From positions 10,976,001-11,040,000 of the forward strand of contig NW_024704743.1 of assembly GCF_018977255.1 (NCBI RefSeq): DNA of 64,000 nucleotides, read 5' to 3'. This document shows positions 1 to 12,053 of this stretch, in pieces. The DNA is from Callorhinchus milii (Eukaryota). The translations under genes and the position numbers were made by a program. Under the pieces are notes generated by a model. That model did no database searches. It was not told the DNA's origin and saw only the letters and a list, made by a program, of their open reading frames with translations. Numbering within the stretch: the first letter of the stretch is position 1; each line of letters starts with the position of its first letter.

Positions 1-292
1 ACTAGTTCCGGCCTCCTGCTTGTCCCTCGTGCTCTCCATTCCACCATTGGCGGCCACATTTTGAAACTCTGTTTACGGTTACCTCTTGTAACCCTACCAA
101 CCCAGCCACTCCCTTCACTAAGCAAAAGCAGTTCTGCTTCATGTTCCCCCGCACTATCCACCCACTATTAGTGTGCAAGCTTTAGGCCATTCTGCCCTCT
201 GCTCTTTTGAACTCCATTTTGTCCCCCGCCTCCCTTTGACACTTTCTATCACCACCGACCATCCCTCTTGATTTGCCATGGCCAGTCAGATG

Positions 293-560
293 TGGAGTCC
301 TGTAGCTCAGTCGTTAGACCACTCCCCTTGCAAGCAAAAGGGGATTGCCAACCAGGGCAAAATGTTGGGCAAGTTTCCTTACTCCACGTGCCTAGCAGTA
401 AACAGGAACCTGGTTAGTCGATTGGCAGATGTTTTATCCTGGAGTAATAATTTCTTCAAAAAAATAATAAATTGGTCACTTCAATCCACGACTGTTTATG
501 GGACACTGCTGTGCACAATGGGCTGCCGTGTTTCGCCCACAATTCATACAGTCAATTCAA
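293..560 (+). mobile_element. tRNA-derived CORE-like SINE, long variant, 3'-truncated
   Basis: Head TGGAGTCCTGTAGCTCAGTCGTTAGA (A-box-like), then TTGGGCAAGTTTCCTTACTCCAC (resembles the MIR/CORE core). More than 10 copies in the window. Confidence 0.85.
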
Positions 561-562
561 TG

Positions 563-664
563 GTCCTTGCATTTGATATAGCGCCTGATCACATCTTTGA
601 GGCATCTCAAAGCGCTTCACAGAATATTCTGTGAAGTGAATTGACCGTATATTTTGTGGGCGAA
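563..664 (-). mobile_element. SINE 3' tail fragment, inverted relative to the preceding copy
   Basis: TCCTTGCATTTGATATAGCGCC...GCGCTTCACAGAATA is the reverse complement of the SINE tail. Confidence 0.8.
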
Positions 665-1087
665 TCCCAGTTCGTACTCTTTGCCAGGTTATTATAGAGA
701 CATAAATTGGCCCCATCCTTTGCAGGGTTAGGAAGGGGAAAAGCTTCCAGGGTTGCTACCCTGGGTTCCACTACAACACCCTCTACAGCGGTGAGGATCT
801 TTGGCAGTTGGTGGGGAGAGGTCAGGCTCCGCAATGATGCACTTGTTGATGACGCAGCCAGCCAATAATTAAAGACTGGCCTCAACCACAATTAGCAACT
901 GTAATAGCACATGCATTGCAAAGTGCACCTTATGTCCTGTGGAAAAAAAAGATAAGAGTTTTATTGCAAAGTCTACCCTTTCGAGGATCCCACCCCCCAC
1001 CATTCACTTAACTTATAGTAAATTGTGGTCCTATCAGGCCAGAGGTGGCATGTTGAATTTAGGCTGGGGAGCCCTTATTATTTAAAA

Positions 1088-1515
1088 TAGTAATAATAAT
1101 CCTTGCGTTTGATATAACCCCTTTCACATCGAGAGGATGTTTCAAAACACTTCACAGGATCTAGTGTAAAATGTAGTGACTTTAGGCAAATGCAATTGCC
1201 AATTTTCGCACAACAATGTCTCATAAACAGTCATGAAGTGAATGAACAATTTTATTCAGGGGTTGGTTGACCGGTACACAGGGTGAAACTCAGTTCTTTT
1301 TTTAAATGGTGCTTTGGGACTTTTGACATCCACCTGAACAGGCAGATGGGGATTGGGTTTAATGTCTCATCCAAAGTATTGCATCTTCAACAATGCAGCA
1401 CACCCCCAGCATTGTATTGGAGCGTCAATCTAGACAGTATGAACGCACAAAATTCTGACACGGGGCTTGAATCTACAACCTTTTGATTCAGGGGGCAAGA
1501 GCATTACCAACCAGG
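1088..1515 (-). mobile_element. Deu-domain tRNA SINE (SacSINE1/AmnSINE-superfamily-like)
   Basis: Reverse complement of a tRNA head, the Deu core (GATGAGACATTAAAC..CTGTTCAGGTGGATGTCAAAAGTCCC) and an (ATT)n tail. Confidence 0.75.
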
Positions 1516-1851
1516 TGGATACACATTTCTGCTCACCTGAAGGTATGGGGTGAGATACACTGAGCTCAACAAGTTGACAGTCATCCCAGCCAAACCAGAA
1601 GTGCACAAACGGTTATATTTAAAGTAATAAATAAAATACTTATAGGAATGCAATATTTTATTACAACAAAGATTAGTCATTCAAAAGGCTTTTTATTCTT
1701 GCCTCAGCAATTAAAATTTGGCAACAAGTTTATTACCTTCCTTCAATTGGATCAACTTGATTAAATTAAAATTTAGTTAACTTAACCTAATTAACTTAAC
1801 TTAATTAACTTCAGTTTACTAATTAACTTACTCAAGTTGGAAGAGGTGACA

Positions 1852-2350
1852 ATGGCCTGGCAGGTGTTATGTGAGGAGTGTGACGTGTGGGTGCTGATGA
1901 AGGGCAGTCTGACCCTGGGCGACCACATCTGCAGAAGATGTCTGCAACTGAGGCAGCTCCAGCTCAGAGTGGCTCAGCTGGAGTCCGAGATGCAGACACT
2001 ACGGAGTATCAGAGACAGTGAGTGCTTCCTGAACAGCTACATCCTGGAGCCAGTCACTCCCCTGAGGGAATATACAGTCAACATTGATTATGGTCAGGAT
2101 AGATGAATGGACAGTCAGGAGGTCAGGGGGACAACGGGAAGAGTGGAAGTAAATCCGGCATTAACCTTGAACAACAGGTATGAGATCCTTGGAACTTGTA
2201 TCGACTAGGAAGCTGGTGAGGTGGAAGGAAAAACTACATCTAACACTGGGGCAAAAGAGCAGATGGTTGTCGTCATTGGGGATGAGACTATTAGGCACAC
2301 GGGCACAATCTTCTGCAACACCAACCAGAAGACCCGAAGGCTTTGTTGCC
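1852..2350 (+). pseudogene. CR1 ORF1 remnant (Zn finger, leucine zipper, start of esterase domain)
   Basis: CEEC..HICRRCLQLRQLQLRVAQLESEMQTLRSIRD, and downstream VVVIGDETIR (GDS-like). Stops and a deletion are present. Confidence 0.85.
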
Positions 2351-5086
2351 CTGTTAATTAGGGATGAAATAAAAGCAGTGGAGAGGAAGGATCTGAAATC
2401 TGATGACCAGGAGGTCGACATAATATGGGTAGAAATAAAAAATAATAAAGGGCAGAAAATATTAATGGGAGTGGTTTATAGACCCCCAAACAGCGATCAC
2501 AATATAGCGCAGGGTATTAATCAAGAAATCAGTGGAGCACGTAGGAAAGGTAAAGCGATAATACTCCACACGCCTAATAATAATCCCTCCAAAACCAAAA
2601 AAAAATAATAAATTGGTCATTTTCAATCTACGACTGTTTGTGGGACATTGCTGTGCGCAATTGGCTGCCGCGTTTGCCCACAGATATACAGTCAATTCAC
2701 TTTACAGTGTGTTCTGTGAAGCGCTTTGGGACGTCCTCCCGACGTGAAAAGCGCTATATCAAATGCAAGGATTATTATTATTATTATTATTAAAGCAGTA
2801 TGCCGAGGAACCAACTAGGGGACAGGCCATCCTAGACCTTGTTTTGTGTAATGAAACAGGGCTAGTCGGCAGTGTAGGTATTAAGAATCTTCTAGGGCAG
2901 AGTAATCACAATATGATTAAATTCTGCATTAAGTTAGAGAAGCATATAGTCAAATCCGAGGCAAGTATTCTGAATTTAAATAGGGATAATTTTGTAGGTA
3001 TGAGGAATGATATAGGTAAAATAGACTGGAGAATAAGATTAAGACGTAAAAATGTAGACCAACAGTGGCAAATATTTAAGGATGCAGTGCAAAATTCTCA
3101 GCGGTCCCATTTTCCCTTGCAGAATAAGAGTACCACAGGGAAAGCAATTCATCCGTGGCTAACTAGAGCAGTTAGGGAAACTATCAAATTAAAAGAAAAG
3201 GCTTATAAAACTGCCAAGAAAAGCAGCAAATCTGAAGATTGGGAGAATTTTAGAAACCAGCAAAAAAACCCTAAAAAACCCATTAAGAAAAAGGAGTATG
3301 AGGGTAAGCTAGCTAGGAACATTAAGTCTGATTGCAAAAGTTTTTACAAATATATTAACAGGAATAGGCTAGTGAGGGTAAATGTAGGTCCACTTCAGTC
3401 AGAGACGGGAGAAGTTGTAATAGGGGATAAGGAGATGGCAGAGTCCCTAAATGGGTACTTTGCATCTGTCTTCACCCTAGAAGACACAACAAGTCTGCCC
3501 ACAATAGAGATGCACCAAAGGGATAAGGACAGGGAGCAACTTAGGGAAATTTTCATTAGTGGAGAATTGGTGCTAGAAAAACTGTTAGCACTAAAAGTGA
3601 CAAATCCCTGGTCCGGATGGCTTGCATCCCAGGGTTTTAAAAGAGGGAGCTTATGAGATAGTGCAGGCCTTGTATCTGATCTTCCAAAATTCCTTGGATT
3701 CTGGAACAATCCCCATGGATTGGAAGATCGCAAATGTCACACCACTATTTAAAAAAGGTGGAAAGGAAAAGATGGGGAACTATAGGCCAGTTAGTCTCAC
3801 ATCATCACAAAAATTTTAGAATCATTGATTAAGGATGTGGTAGTGCGGTATTTAGGAGAGCACAATATAATTAGGCCAAGTCAACATGGCTTTACAAAAG
3901 GGAAGTCATATTTGACAAAACTCATAGAGATTTTTGAGGATGTTTCAAGTAAACTAGATAAGGGTGAATCAGTGGATGTGGTCTATTTGGACTTCCAGAA
4001 GGCATTCGATAAGGTGCCGCATAAAAGGTTAGTCCAAAAGATAAGGGCCCATGGAATTGGGGGGAGCATATTAACGTGGATTGGGGAATGGTTAATGGGT
4101 AGGAAACAAAGAGTAGGGATAAACGGGTCCTTTTCAGATTGGCGGGATGTGACTAGTGGAGTGCCACAAGGATCAGTCCTTGGGCCTCAGCTATTTACCA
4201 TCTACATCAACGATCTAGATGAGGACATCAAAGTTAATATATGTAAATTTGCGGATGACACAAAACTAGTAGGAAGCATCAACACAGAGGACGACATTAA
4301 AAAAATGCAGCGCGACATAGATAGGTTAGGTGATTGGGCAGGTAGGTGGCAGATGAAGTATAATGTAGGGAAGTGCGAAGTCATCCACCTCGGTAGCAAA
4401 AACAGTAGAGCGGGTTATTTTTTAGAAGGGGAGAGATTGGAATGTGTTAGCGTCCAGAGGGACTTGGCTGTCCTTGTACACCAATCACAGAAAGTTAATC
4501 TACAGGTGCAGCTGCAATTAGGAAGGCAAATGGTATGTTAGCATTCATTATGAAAGGATTAGAGTATAAGAGTAGGGAAGTCTTGCTGCAACTGTATAGG
4601 GCCCTGGTGAGACCACACCTGGAATACTGTGTGCAGTTTTGGTCTCTTTATTTAAGGAAGGATGTACTCGCCTTGGAGGGGGTGCAGCGTAAATTTACTA
4701 GGTTAGCACCACGGATGAAGGGGATGAGTTACGAGGATAGGCTGATCAATTTGGGTCTATATTCTCTAGAATATAGAAGAATTAGAGGGGATCTTATAGA
4801 AACCTATAAGATCATCAAAGGGACTGATAGAGTAGATAGTGGGAGATTGTTTCCCCTGGTTGGAGAAACTAAAACCAGGGGTTACAACCTTAAAACCAGA
4901 GGCCAACCCTTTCGCACTGAGTTGAGGAAGAACGTCTTCACTCAAAGGGTGATGAATGTATGGAATTCACTACCCCAAAGGTCTGTTGATGCTCAGTTCT
5001 TGAACATATTCAAGACTGAGATAGATATATTTCTTATTGCAAAAGGGATTAAGGGATATGGGGATAAGGCAGGGTTAGGTTATTAG
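2340..5086 (+). pseudogene. CR1 ORF2 (APE endonuclease + reverse transcriptase), frameshifted
   Basis: GVVYRPP, EPTRGQAILDLVLCN, NYRPVSLTS, YLDFQKAFDKVPH, GVPQGSVLGP, KFADDTKL and RPHLEYCVQFW, split across ORFs 2180-2608, 2763-3656, 3622-3819, 3825-4541 and 4535-5086. Confidence 0.95.
2562..2790 (+). mobile_element. 5'-truncated young CORE-like SINE (short variant) inside the CR1 APE domain
   Basis: ACTCCACACGCCTAATAATAATCCCTCC ... GGGACGTCCTCCCGACGTGAAAAGCGCTATATCAAATGCAAGG(ATT)n. Confidence 0.9.
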
Positions 5087-6267
5087 CTGGAGTTAGATTA
5101 GAAGATCAGCCATGATTGAATGGTTCGAAGGGCCAAATAGCCTACTATGTTATGTTTATTGCCAAAACCTGGTCCAACCAATGATTACTAAACCAATTGC
5201 CACATTTCCACCAATTTAGATTTGAAATATCCAATTAAATCCCTTTAAGTTTCTGTTCTATGTTTGGACTCCAAAGATCCAATGAGATGGCCAGTTTTCC
5301 ACATGCCTACTGCCATTTTAAGGGTGGGATGTAAATTAAAATAAATCTAAATTATAAATAACTCTAATACTGCAGAGAGCTGCAATGGTTAAATAGAATC
5401 ATAAACATTTACACACAGAAGGCCATTGTGTCTGTGCTGATTCTTTTAAGAACAATTATTTTAATCCCATTTACCTGCCCTTTCCTTATTCCTTGTAGTT
5501 GACTGCTTAAATTCAATTCATTTCAAAAGCCACTCCCACCCCCATCCCTGTAATGCAGTAATGCTCCCTGTAAAATTTTGCACCATCATAAATAATATTT
5601 TCCTTAAAAAATGCTGCCAAAGTCATCCCATCCCCCATCGCTCTCAATGCTGATCCCTGTGAAGGTGGGTTGCACACTTATCTTCTGGCTCATGAACTAT
5701 CGCTAAAACTCCCAGTGAGTTTGAATATCTACTGCCGTTCATTATGTAATCTCACAAGAGTAACCACTGAGGTAAATGATCCTGTTTATATTGTGTAAAT
5801 TTTCAAATAATCTATTTATTAAAAAGATAAGAGCAAAGATAAGTAACACAGTCCTTGTTGCCTAGACGCCTGTTTCCTCCCTCCTGCAACAGTCCCGTTC
5901 TGCCCAGAGCCTTTAACTACAATTGGCTTTTTCTTCTGACCAAGAGTAAAACAATGGGAAAAATATATTAACAAAAAAAATCTTGTGCAAGAGCCATGGA
6001 ACAACAGTTGTGTGCTGGCAAGGACTCAGATATTTTATAAGAAGTGTTTTCCCCATTATTTTCTCCTGGATTTTATAACCTAAGAACTTAAAGGAAAAGC
6101 AGTTAACGATTGTTTTCAGAAGTTTTGCGTTTCCCTTCCACCGCTTATTTTGCAATCTTTTCCTCCTCTACCCACAAATACCTTGATCGTTCCACCTCTC
6201 AAGAAATTTTGAGGATTTGCTGAGCTGCCATATAGGCATGAAACAATAAGTTTGCTCAGAGATTTTT

Positions 6268-6760
6268 CTTCAGATGAAATGTTAAACTGAAATTGTGTCT
6301 GCTTGTTCAGGTGGATATTAAAGATCCCATGACACTGCTTGATAAGAGAAGGAAGTTTATCCCAGACAAAATTGGTCATTCGCTTCAATGGCTGTTTGTG
6401 GGAACAGGGCAAAATGTTGGGCAAGTTTCCTTACTCCACATACCTCTGTTTACCTAGCAGTAAATAGGAACCCAGTTGTTAGTCAATTGGCGGATCGCTT
6501 TTCAAGAGGTAATAATCCTTCAAAAAAATAATTTGGTTACTCAACCCACGACTGTTTGTGGGACACAGCTGTGTGCAGTTAGCTGCCATGTTTTGTGCAC
6601 AAATATAGTTAATTCACTTTAACGTATATTCTGTGAAGCACTTTGAGACATCTAGAAAACATGAAAAGCATTATATCAAATGCAAGGATTATTATTATTA
6701 TTAAGGATTATATTATTGTGCAAAATGGCTGCTATGTTTGCCTACGAATGCACAGTAATC
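6268..6760 (+). mobile_element. Deu-domain SINE fragment with a nested CORE-like SINE (about 6405-6705)
   Basis: Deu core at 6268-6340. The 3' domain is interrupted after GTTTGTGGGA by a CORE-like copy and resumes at TTGTGCAAAATGGCTGC. Confidence 0.7.
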
Positions 6761-6764
6761 ACTA

Positions 6765-7120
6765 ATACAATCGTACTTTAATATAGCTCCTTCCCCATCT
6801 GGCGGAATCTCAAAGCACTTCTCAGGATTTAGTATAAAGTGTAGTGACATTTTTGTAGGCAAGTGCAACAGCAACTTTGAGCACAGCAATATCCACAAAC
6901 AGTTAGGAAGTGAACAATTAATTTTATCTGGGGAATTGTTGTCTAGGATGCCAGGAGAAATTCCCTTCTCTTTTTGAATAGTGCCATAGAATTTTTAACA
7001 CCAATCTAAACAGGCATATGGGACCTTGGTCTAACAGCCTAGAGAAAGTGAGTTCAAAGTCCCAAAGTAGGGCTTGAACAAGCACATCTTCTGATTCAGA
7101 GGTGACAGTGTTACCTACGT
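6765..7120 (-). mobile_element. Deu-domain SINE, decayed
   Basis: Same architecture as 1088-1515. Confidence 0.65.
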
Positions 7121-7849
7121 AATCTGATGCACATCATAACCTGGTCAAAAAAAATCAATGCATTGCAAAAAATTATGATTAAATGTAATATCCTTTTGTG
7201 TTCTTTTCTACCAAGTTTTAAAATAAACATTTTTGCTTAAAGAATACTGCTGAATTAACTCAGGAAATGCACTGCAGGAGCTGTTTGTAAGTGTGAAACT
7301 GAAATAACACGATCTTGAAGAACCGAAGGTTAATAGTCACACCATCTGACTCATATTCTGGTTAGAATTTGGGGTCAATTTACCAACTAAATAGACAATC
7401 ACACTAACTCACAACATATCCTGTGAAGTATTTTGTGAAGTATTTTGAGATGTGTCAGTGATACGATAAGACGCAATATGGAATATAATAATATGGATTA
7501 TTATATTTTATTATTAACATGTCGTCGGGAAGATGAGCCAAGACCCTTCTGTTTCCGCCTCAATTTGTTGTGGAGTCTCAGTGAGTCCAACTTTCAGATG
7601 TTAGCTGCTGTCAGCATAATAATAAAAGAAAGAATCAACAAAAAAATGTGCATGCACCAATGTGCAGCGAATTTAACCATGGTGAGTGCAATGTCCTGGG
7701 GGATTTTTTCTTGCTCTTGAGAACCATTTTCAGTGAAAGCCATATTTACAGCAGATTCCTGTAGAAAATCTGCCTGGGTATCAGCAAGGATGGAAGCAGG
7801 TGGCTGTCACCATAAACAAATCAAGCATACATGAAATGCACTACCCGTT

Positions 7850-8090
7850 TAAAATTTCTGAGAGCAATTTCATAACCGATTACCAGGAAGTATTTCTTTA
7901 CACAGTGGGTAATCAACAACTAGAACAGGTTACCAGGAAATGTGGCTGAGGCCACGACTTTGGACTCATTTAAAAATACCTTGACACTGTTTCGGAAAGC
8001 CAGTTGGGTTGGGTTAGGTGGGTATTCTAGAAAGATGGGAACAAATAGACCGAAGGAACTTCTTTATCCGAACCAATCTTGTGATCTTGT
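7850..8090 (+). mobile_element. Old CR1 3' end
   Basis: Degenerate RKYFFTQxV coding tract and an ATCTTGTGATCTTGT terminus. The same family occurs at 34760-35210. Confidence 0.6.
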
Positions 8091-8149
8091 AAAATAAGTG
8101 CAAATTGTTGCTATTGTTATAACATGACATTCCCTTGCAAGTATCTCTC

Positions 8150-8345
8150 ATCTTGACTTGGACACAGACTGATGTTCTTCCTAGTCATTGGGTAAAAATT
8201 CTGGAACTCGACCACATCTTGGGAGCACCATTACCTTAAGGACTCCAGCGGTTCAACACCACCATCTTCTCAGAACAAACGGAGATAGGCAATACATCCC
8301 AGCACTGCCAGCGTCACTCACAACCCAAGATAAATTTTAAAAAAT
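8150..8345 (+). mobile_element. LINE 3' end of a different family
   Basis: GGACTCCAGCGGTTCAA..CACCACCATCTTCTC..GGCAATA..GCCAGCG resembles a LINE tail I recall as common in chondrichthyans. Confidence 0.5.
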
Positions 8346-8874
8346 AAAATAAAGCCCTCTGTATTGAAATGATCATTGTTTGTCCTTCTTTGAAGTCTCT
8401 GCAATGCTTCAGTGCCATATCAGTTCCACAATGCAGCCAATGTATTAACATCGCTAGCACATGAGTTATTAACCCAGAGCACTTCATTGATCTTCTTATT
8501 TCAATGTTATATGTTTAATTCATCAAACAGGAACACATTGCCTGATTTGTATCAGTGATTGGTTTCCTTTTACTTATAAACAAGCTACCAGTAACTCCTC
8601 CCTGCTGGCTTCCTCTATGATATCAGGGAACTTACCCATTTTTTAAAAATAATTCCAGAGAAATTATAATTTGTGCTTACCTTAGTTGTTTCTTTATGGA
8701 TCTTTTCTGCGTTTTATCCCCAGCTAAGAGGCAGACAGATGATCTGCTCCTCAGCTTCCACTGTAATGAGATTCCCTCTAAGTTACATTATATGAATTGA
8801 TTCTCAGTAATAATGTATGTCAAAAATACATTGCAGTAACATCAGTCATATCCATGCCTCAGCCTTCCAAAAGG

Positions 8875-10210
8875 GCATCAGGCTGGTTCAGTTGGCAGCA
8901 CTCTAGCATCTGAGTCAGAAGGTTGTGGGTTCAGACCCCATGTTGGGACATTGAGCTCACAGTCTAGGTTGACATTCCAATGCAATGCCGGTGGAGAACT
9001 GCATTATCAACAACAGCAACAAATTGCATTGGTACATTGCCTTGAACATCTGGAGGATGTCCCCAGGTGCTGGACAGTCAAAGGTTTGCAACCGAGCTGG
9101 GAGTTGAAATCAAGAGAGGTGGAGGGTAGAAGGGGTGGAATTGGAAGAATGACTGAAGGCACTGTCAAAGAGAAAGACCTTAAGACAGGCCTTGAAAAAG
9201 GCAAGGGAGGGAGCAAGTTTAAGGAACTCAGTTGGAGTTCCAAAGGGTGGGATAGGAAGACTGAAGGCCCAACCGCCGATGGTGGGGTGGGCAGGGCAGG
9301 TGACATGGAGCAGGCCAGTGCCTGTCGAGCAAAGGGAGAGGGCAGGTTGGTAAGGTTTTTTAACAGGTAGCAGAGATAGGGAGGGGCAAGACCGTTGAGG
9401 GCCTTAAAGGTGAGAGACTTGATCCTCTGGGGGATGGGGAGCCAGTGGAGCTGGGCGAAGTTGGGGGTAATTCGCTCACAGAGCATGGTGCATGAAACAA
9501 CAACAACAAGATTCCATTTATAGAGCGCCTTTCACGTCGGGAGGACGTCCCAAGGCGCTGTAGAGGACGTCCCAAGGCATGAAAGGACATGAGCTACAGA
9601 GTTCTGAATAAATTTCAGCTTATGGATAAGGAGTTGGGAAGTCCGGTGAGCAGGGAGTTAGTGTAGTCAATCCTGAACATAATGAAAGCATGGTTGAAGG
9701 CCTTGTTGGCCTGAGGGGAGAGGTAGTAGCGAAGGCAAGCAATGTTACAGTGGTGAGGGAAGGCTGAGTGGGTCATGGCTTGGACATGAGGTTTAAAGGA
9801 CAGTTGAGAGACACCAAGCTTTTGTACTGTCAGACATATTGTTCTTCGGATGAGATATTAAGCCAATGTCCCGTCTGTCTGTTCAGTTGGATGTTAAAGA
9901 TCCAATGGTAATGGTTGAAAAGAGAAGGGAGTTTCCCCCAGTATCCTAGCCCACAATCCTTCAGATAAAATTGGTCAATTACTTCATGGCTGTTTTGTGA
10001 GATATTGTTTTGTGCAAATTGGCTGCAGTTTTTGCCTACAAAATACACAGTTATTACAGTTCACAATTAAAGACTTAAAAGGTTATGATGAAGGAGCTCT
10101 TTAACAAATTTGATGCCATCCTTCCACTACACTTTGCAACAATTCATGTGAAGCACTTTGAGACCTCTCAACAATGTAATAAGGCACTATATCAAATGCA
10201 AGGATTATTA
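8875..10210 (+). mobile_element. Deu-domain SINE split by an L2 insertion
   Basis: tRNA head at 8875-9005. The Deu core resumes at about 9826 and the tail ends near 10210. Confidence 0.7.
9008..9825 (-). mobile_element. Old L2 3' fragment, with a younger L2 tail at about 9497-9580
   Basis: LHWLPIPQRI..TFKALNGLAPPYL and a (CAA)n tail on the + strand. Confidence 0.8.
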
Positions 10211-10639
10211 CATTGTATTGCACTGTCTCGCTACTTCTGAAATTATTGTTGTGAACTTACTACCTCAATCCCATTTAAAATGGCCCAAAGCAATATGATT
10301 TGAGGTTTAGTCCTCCAAGGTTTGGTGCTCCAATATCAAAACTCAGTGAGAAAGAAGGATTGATTTTCTATCGATGGCCTAATGGGACTAATTTAAGAAA
10401 TTCTCATAAACAGAAGAATGGACTAAATGGAAACAAACAAGTTGTCACTTGCAAAATAATTCAGACATAAATTTAGGGTAACACCCATATAGCGATACTC
10501 CCATAAAAAAAACTGCTCAGCCTAATGAACGCTGCAATCAGATGCTGATTGCCCTTCACAGCTTGTGGGACCTGTTATGTTAGGATAGGGACTTGGGCAC
10601 TGTACGTCTTATAGAGAGGAGAATATTGGTGAGGGCAAA

Positions 10640-10985
10640 AATAATAATCCTTGCATTTGATATAGCGCCTTACCATTGATACATCTCAAAGGGCTCAATT
10701 GAATATACTCTAAAGTGAATTAACTGTATATATTATGGGCAAAATGCTGCAGTCAATTGTGCCCAGCAGTGTCCCATAAACAGTGACCAAATTATTATTT
10801 TTTGAAGGGCTTATTACCGCGGGAAGCGATCTGCCAATCAACTAACAACCAGGTTTCTACTTACTACTAGGTAATCAAGGCGGGTGGAGTAAGGCAATTT
10901 GCCTAAGATTTTGCCCTGGCCGGGAATTGAACCTGGGTCCTCTCCCTTGCGAGATGAATGCTCTAACCAATATGCTGGAGGACTC
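10640..10985 (-). mobile_element. CORE-like tRNA SINE, long variant
   Basis: Complete head-to-tail reverse complement of the family. Confidence 0.85.
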
Positions 10986-12053
10986 AATAGAAAGTACATA
11001 AAGTGTAACCAAAATGTCAAAGTAACTTAACAGTTACTTATGAGTTATCAAGCACTCCAGGACGCTACCCCGTGTGAAGACCGATATATAAATGGAGGTT
11101 GTTGTTGTTGATCTGGTTGTATATACAAAGCAAATAGTGTGTGATGAGTCAGATCCAGTACAACAACAACAAAATTACATTTATAGAGCGCCTTTCACGT
11201 CGGGAGGACGTCCCAAGGTGCTAGACAGACAGGGGTCAGGACCTGAGCACAGGGGAGGGGTAGGGTACGGTTGAGGGAAGGCAGAGAGATGGGAGGGCGA
11301 CTGAAGGCATGAACGAGGAGGAGGGTCTTGAGACCGGCAAGGGAGGAAGCAAGATGAACGGACTGTGGGATGGAATTCCAGAGTGTGGGGACAGAGAGGC
11401 TGAAAGCCTGGCCACTGATGGTAGGGCGGGTCGGGCAAGAGACATGGAGCAGGCCACAGCCCACTGAATGGAGGGAGCAGGCAGGTTGGTAGGGAGTCAG
11501 CAGGTCAGAGAGGTAGGAGGGGGCAAGGCGAGGACAAGGATCTTGAATTCGATCCACTGAGGGATGGGGAGCCAGTGGAGTCGGGCGAGTGTGGGAGTAA
11601 TGGGGTTACAAAGCCTGGTGCATGAGAGTACATGAGCTGCAGAGTTTTGGATGATCTGCAGCTTGTGAAGGGAGTAGTTGGGAAGGCCGATGAGGAGGGA
11701 GTTTCCATAATCGAGCCTTGATGTAGCGAATGCGTGGGTGAGGGTTTCGGCAGCCTGAGGGGTGAGGCAGTGGGGGAGTCTGGCAATGTTGTGGAGGTAG
11801 TGGAAGGCAGTGCCGGTCATGGCGTGGATGTGGAGGAGAAAGTGCAGTTCAGGGTCAAACAAGACACCCAGGTTCCTGACTGGCTTAGTGAGGGTGAGTG
11901 TGCAGCCATGGAGGCTGATGCTGCCAGCGCCTGAGGTGCAGAGGTGGTGGCGAGCCAATCAGGAGGACCTCAGTTTCGCTGACCTTCAGTTGGAGAAAGT
12001 TGTCTCTCGTCCAGGACTTGATGAAGGACAGGCAGTCGGTCAGGACACCAGTA

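Larger units (their letters stand above)
1760..5157 (+). mobile_element. CR1 LINE, near full length, decayed
   Basis: AT-rich 5' region, ORF1 Zn-finger/coiled-coil, APE and RT fragments, and a CR1-type 3' UTR (GATCAGCCATGATTGAATGG...TATGTTATGTT). Confidence 0.95.

Noticed and set aside
2710..2790. Recurrent palindromic ~40-bp motif that could be mistaken for a CRISPR repeat
   Set aside because: It is dispersed, in both orientations, with no regular spacers; it is the SINE/L2 3' stem-loop in a vertebrate genome.
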